Part shown: in pieces, positions 35,771 through 38,592 of the stretch | How positions within the stretch are numbered: position 1 is the stretch's first letter | Layout of the letters: every line of letters begins with the position of its first letter | Source: Octopus sinensis | Taxonomy: Eukaryota | Direction of reading: 5' to 3' | Assembly (NCBI RefSeq): GCF_006345805.1 | Contig: NW_021835698.1 | Coordinates: forward strand, 1-38,592 | DNA: 38,592 bases | Made by a program: the position numbers and the translations under genes | Notes under the pieces: generated by a model | What the model was told of the DNA's origin: nothing | Seen by the model: only the letters and a program-made list of their open reading frames with translations | Databases searched by the model: none

Positions 35771-36931
35771 CCCCACCCCCCCCCCACCCCGTCTCTCTAA
35801 TTTCAGTCCTTGGACCTACAATAGAAAGGAATATTAATTTCCATTCTTATTACCATTTCATCCCCTACCTTCCGACTTTTTTTCTTCTTTCATACTCTTC
35901 CTCTCCTGCCTCTCCGCAATTCTCTTTGCCACATTCTTCTTTCTCTCTCTCTTCTTCTCTCTCACTCTCTCTCATTCACTTCAGCTCTCTCTCTCTCTTC
36001 TTCTTCTTCTCTCTCTCACTCTCTCTCATTCACTTCAGCTCTCTCTCTATCTCTTCTTCTCTCGCACTCTCTCTCTCTTCTCTCTCTCACTCTCTCTCAT
36101 TCACCTCAGCTCCCCCCCTCTCTCTCTCTCCGTGCTTCGGTCTCCTTTCATTGCTCAATCTTACTCCTCCTCCCTCTCTATATCAATCTAAACCGTTCAT
36201 TATTTTTCCAATTTCTTGCCTCCTCCTAATCCTCATCCCTTTAACTGCCCCTTCTTTCTCCTCTCCCTCTCTTATTTATTCAACTTCCTTTTCCTCTTTC
36301 TTCCCTTCATTGCTTCTCCTCCCCACTATCGTCAATAGATTTCCTATTCAATCACCCTCTCCCTCTCTCTCAATCTCTCTGTCAAAATATTTCTCTATTG
36401 ACGACGGGGTGGCAGACGGCTGCCGGAAGCGTCATATAATATATGTCTCTTAAATATTTAGTTTCGTATTTTCTTACATTCCGTGTCACAATCCTGTTGA
36501 TTGACGAAACCTGAGCTTGATGGTAGAAATACTAGTGGAATAAAGCTTTAAACTAAAACCCTATCCTCTTATGAAAGCACATAATGGCTAATGTATCCCA
36601 TGCTACACTATTTCAAAACAAAACACCTTATGGTAATGGCTATAGTCACTAGTGATCACAGATCTCTCTCCCAGTCCGGATTAACAATAACAAACGTCGA
36701 CTTTGGATTCCATGCATCTAAACATGTTAAAATATGTCACCAGTAATATGTTTGTGTCCTCTTATGTAGCTATAATACATATTTCTATACCAATATATCC
36801 CGTTTTTGGTCAAAATCTATATATTTGATGATTTGTCTGCTTCCGGTATGTCTGACCGCCTGTCCAGATAGCAACTATACACTGTCACATGCCTCTCTCT
36901 CGCTCTCTCTCGCTCTCTATCTGCCTGTCAG

Positions 36932-37015
<84 letters not shown>

Positions 37016-37020
37016 GCTAT

Positions 37021-37051
<31 letters not shown>

Positions 37052-37079
37052 ATCTCTCTCTCTCTCTCTCTCTCTAGCT

Positions 37080-37125
<46 letters not shown>

Positions 37126-37430
37126 GACCAATCCATCTATACAAAAAACACACACTCGCACACATTGTATGCGTATATATATATGCATGTACATAAGTAT
37201 GTATACATGTAATGAGTATATATATATATGTCTATATCTACGTGTGTGTGTGTGCGTGTAACTCTATTCTCCTTGTGTCTCTGCCTGCCCCATCCCTATC
37301 GTCTGCCATCCACTCCTTTGTTTCTTTCACTCTTTCGACACGTGACCTTTATCAATATTTCCTCAATAATAATTTGGTTCAGACTCAACTATTGATGATA
37401 TCTAAACGAAATGGTGTATGTATGTGTGTG

Positions 37431-37485
<55 letters not shown>

Positions 37486-37515
37486 CAACACACACAACAC
37501 ATACATATATATATA

Positions 37516-37562
<47 letters not shown>

Positions 37563-37693
37563 AGTAGGTAGTATGTATGTATGTATGTATGTATGTATGT
37601 TGTTATGTATGTGTGTGTGTGTGTGTGTATGTGTGTTGTATGTGTATATGCGTGTGTGTGTATGTATGTGTGTGTGTATATATGTATGTATGC

Positions 37694-38058
37694 TGTGGCT
37701 ATGTGGTAAGAAGCTTTCTTTCCAACCACATGGTACTGGGTTCAGTGCCACTGCGTGGTACCTCGGGCAAGTGTCTTCTACTGTAGCCTTGAGCTGACCA
37801 AAGCCTTGTGAGTGGATTTGGTAGACGGAAACGGAAAGAAGCCCGTCGTATATATGTGAGTGTGTGTATTTGTGTGTCTGTGTTTGCCCCCACCACCACT
37901 ATTGCTCGACAAACGATGTTGGTGTGTTTACGTCCCCGTAACTTAGCAGTTCGTCAAAAGAGACCGAGAGAATAAGTACTAAACTTACAAACAATAAGTC
38001 CTGGGGTCGATTTGCTTGAGTAAAGGCGGTGCTCCAGCATGACCGCAGTCAAATGACT
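37694..38058 (+). mobile_element. Near full-length tRNA-derived SINE (family A)
   Basis: tRNA-like head (tggctatgtggtaag...gggttcagtgcc), internal TA/TG tract, 3' aaggcggtgctccagcatgaccgcagtcaaatgact; homologous copies at 1003, 1 and 23060. Confidence 0.85.
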
Positions 38059-38485
38059 CCCACAAAACACTTTATGCATTCAGTTTGTTGATTCCTTCAG
38101 TTTTACATCGAAACGGCTGAAGGTGAGGACCCTGACGAAACTGCCCCCCAGGGTCACGACACTAGACTACGAGTCCAACAGTAGGCAGTCGCTGCAATTG
38201 AAACACGTGTAAGTCCGAAAAAGCTGCCGTAAAAAACTGTTAAATAAAATTATGGACGTGGAAGATCGCCGTTCCCCTTATTATTAATACTATCCCTTAC
38301 TCTAGGGAACATATGTGACCCTGAATAGGACACACGAATTTAGCCAGCGGGAAAAGTTACCAGAGCCTAACAATTTATTGGACCGTTGTGATTAACCGGC
38401 ATCTGAAACCGAGAGGAAACACGGTCACCGCCAGGATGTTATGTCCCTTAAACTCATTTTTGAAATATGCATGTATGTATGTATG

Positions 38486-38519
<34 letters not shown>

Positions 38520-38592
38520 TGTATGTCTGGCATGAAAAGTATGTATGTATGGGTGTACTGTATAAATGTATGGCTGGGACTTGTATTCGAAT

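Noticed and set aside
36380-36430. TTGACGA-CGG...CCG-GAAGCGTC motif
   Set aside because: Both core halves are altered and stem III is too short.
38115-38150. ctgaagg...gacgaaac
   Set aside because: No paired stem II or III; chance match.

Overview
Eukaryotic, microsatellite-saturated genomic DNA. The SINE and microsatellite landscape looks like a coleoid cephalopod (Octopus-like); this is an inference from memory of such repeats, not a search. The only confident host gene piece is a large coding exon of an HSPA12-type Hsp70 (29457-30152, +). Transposon relics include two decayed Penelope-like elements (PLE; a GIY-YIG frame is clear in one), R4/Dong-like non-LTR fragments, several tRNA-derived SINEs and a hAT-like end. 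The main signal the ORF track misses is non-coding. At 14894-16595 a ~477-bp unit is repeated ~2.85 times in tandem plus a ~340-bp inverted copy, and each copy carries an identical 48-nt type I hammerhead ribozyme (HHR) fold, i.e. a non-LTR retrozyme / PLE pseudo-LTR-like array. Two more, unrelated HHR-bearing fold-back inserts flank it, each bounded by (TA)n, and further HHR motifs sit in and around the + strand PLE. Ribozyme folds were assigned by eye; activity and novelty are untested.
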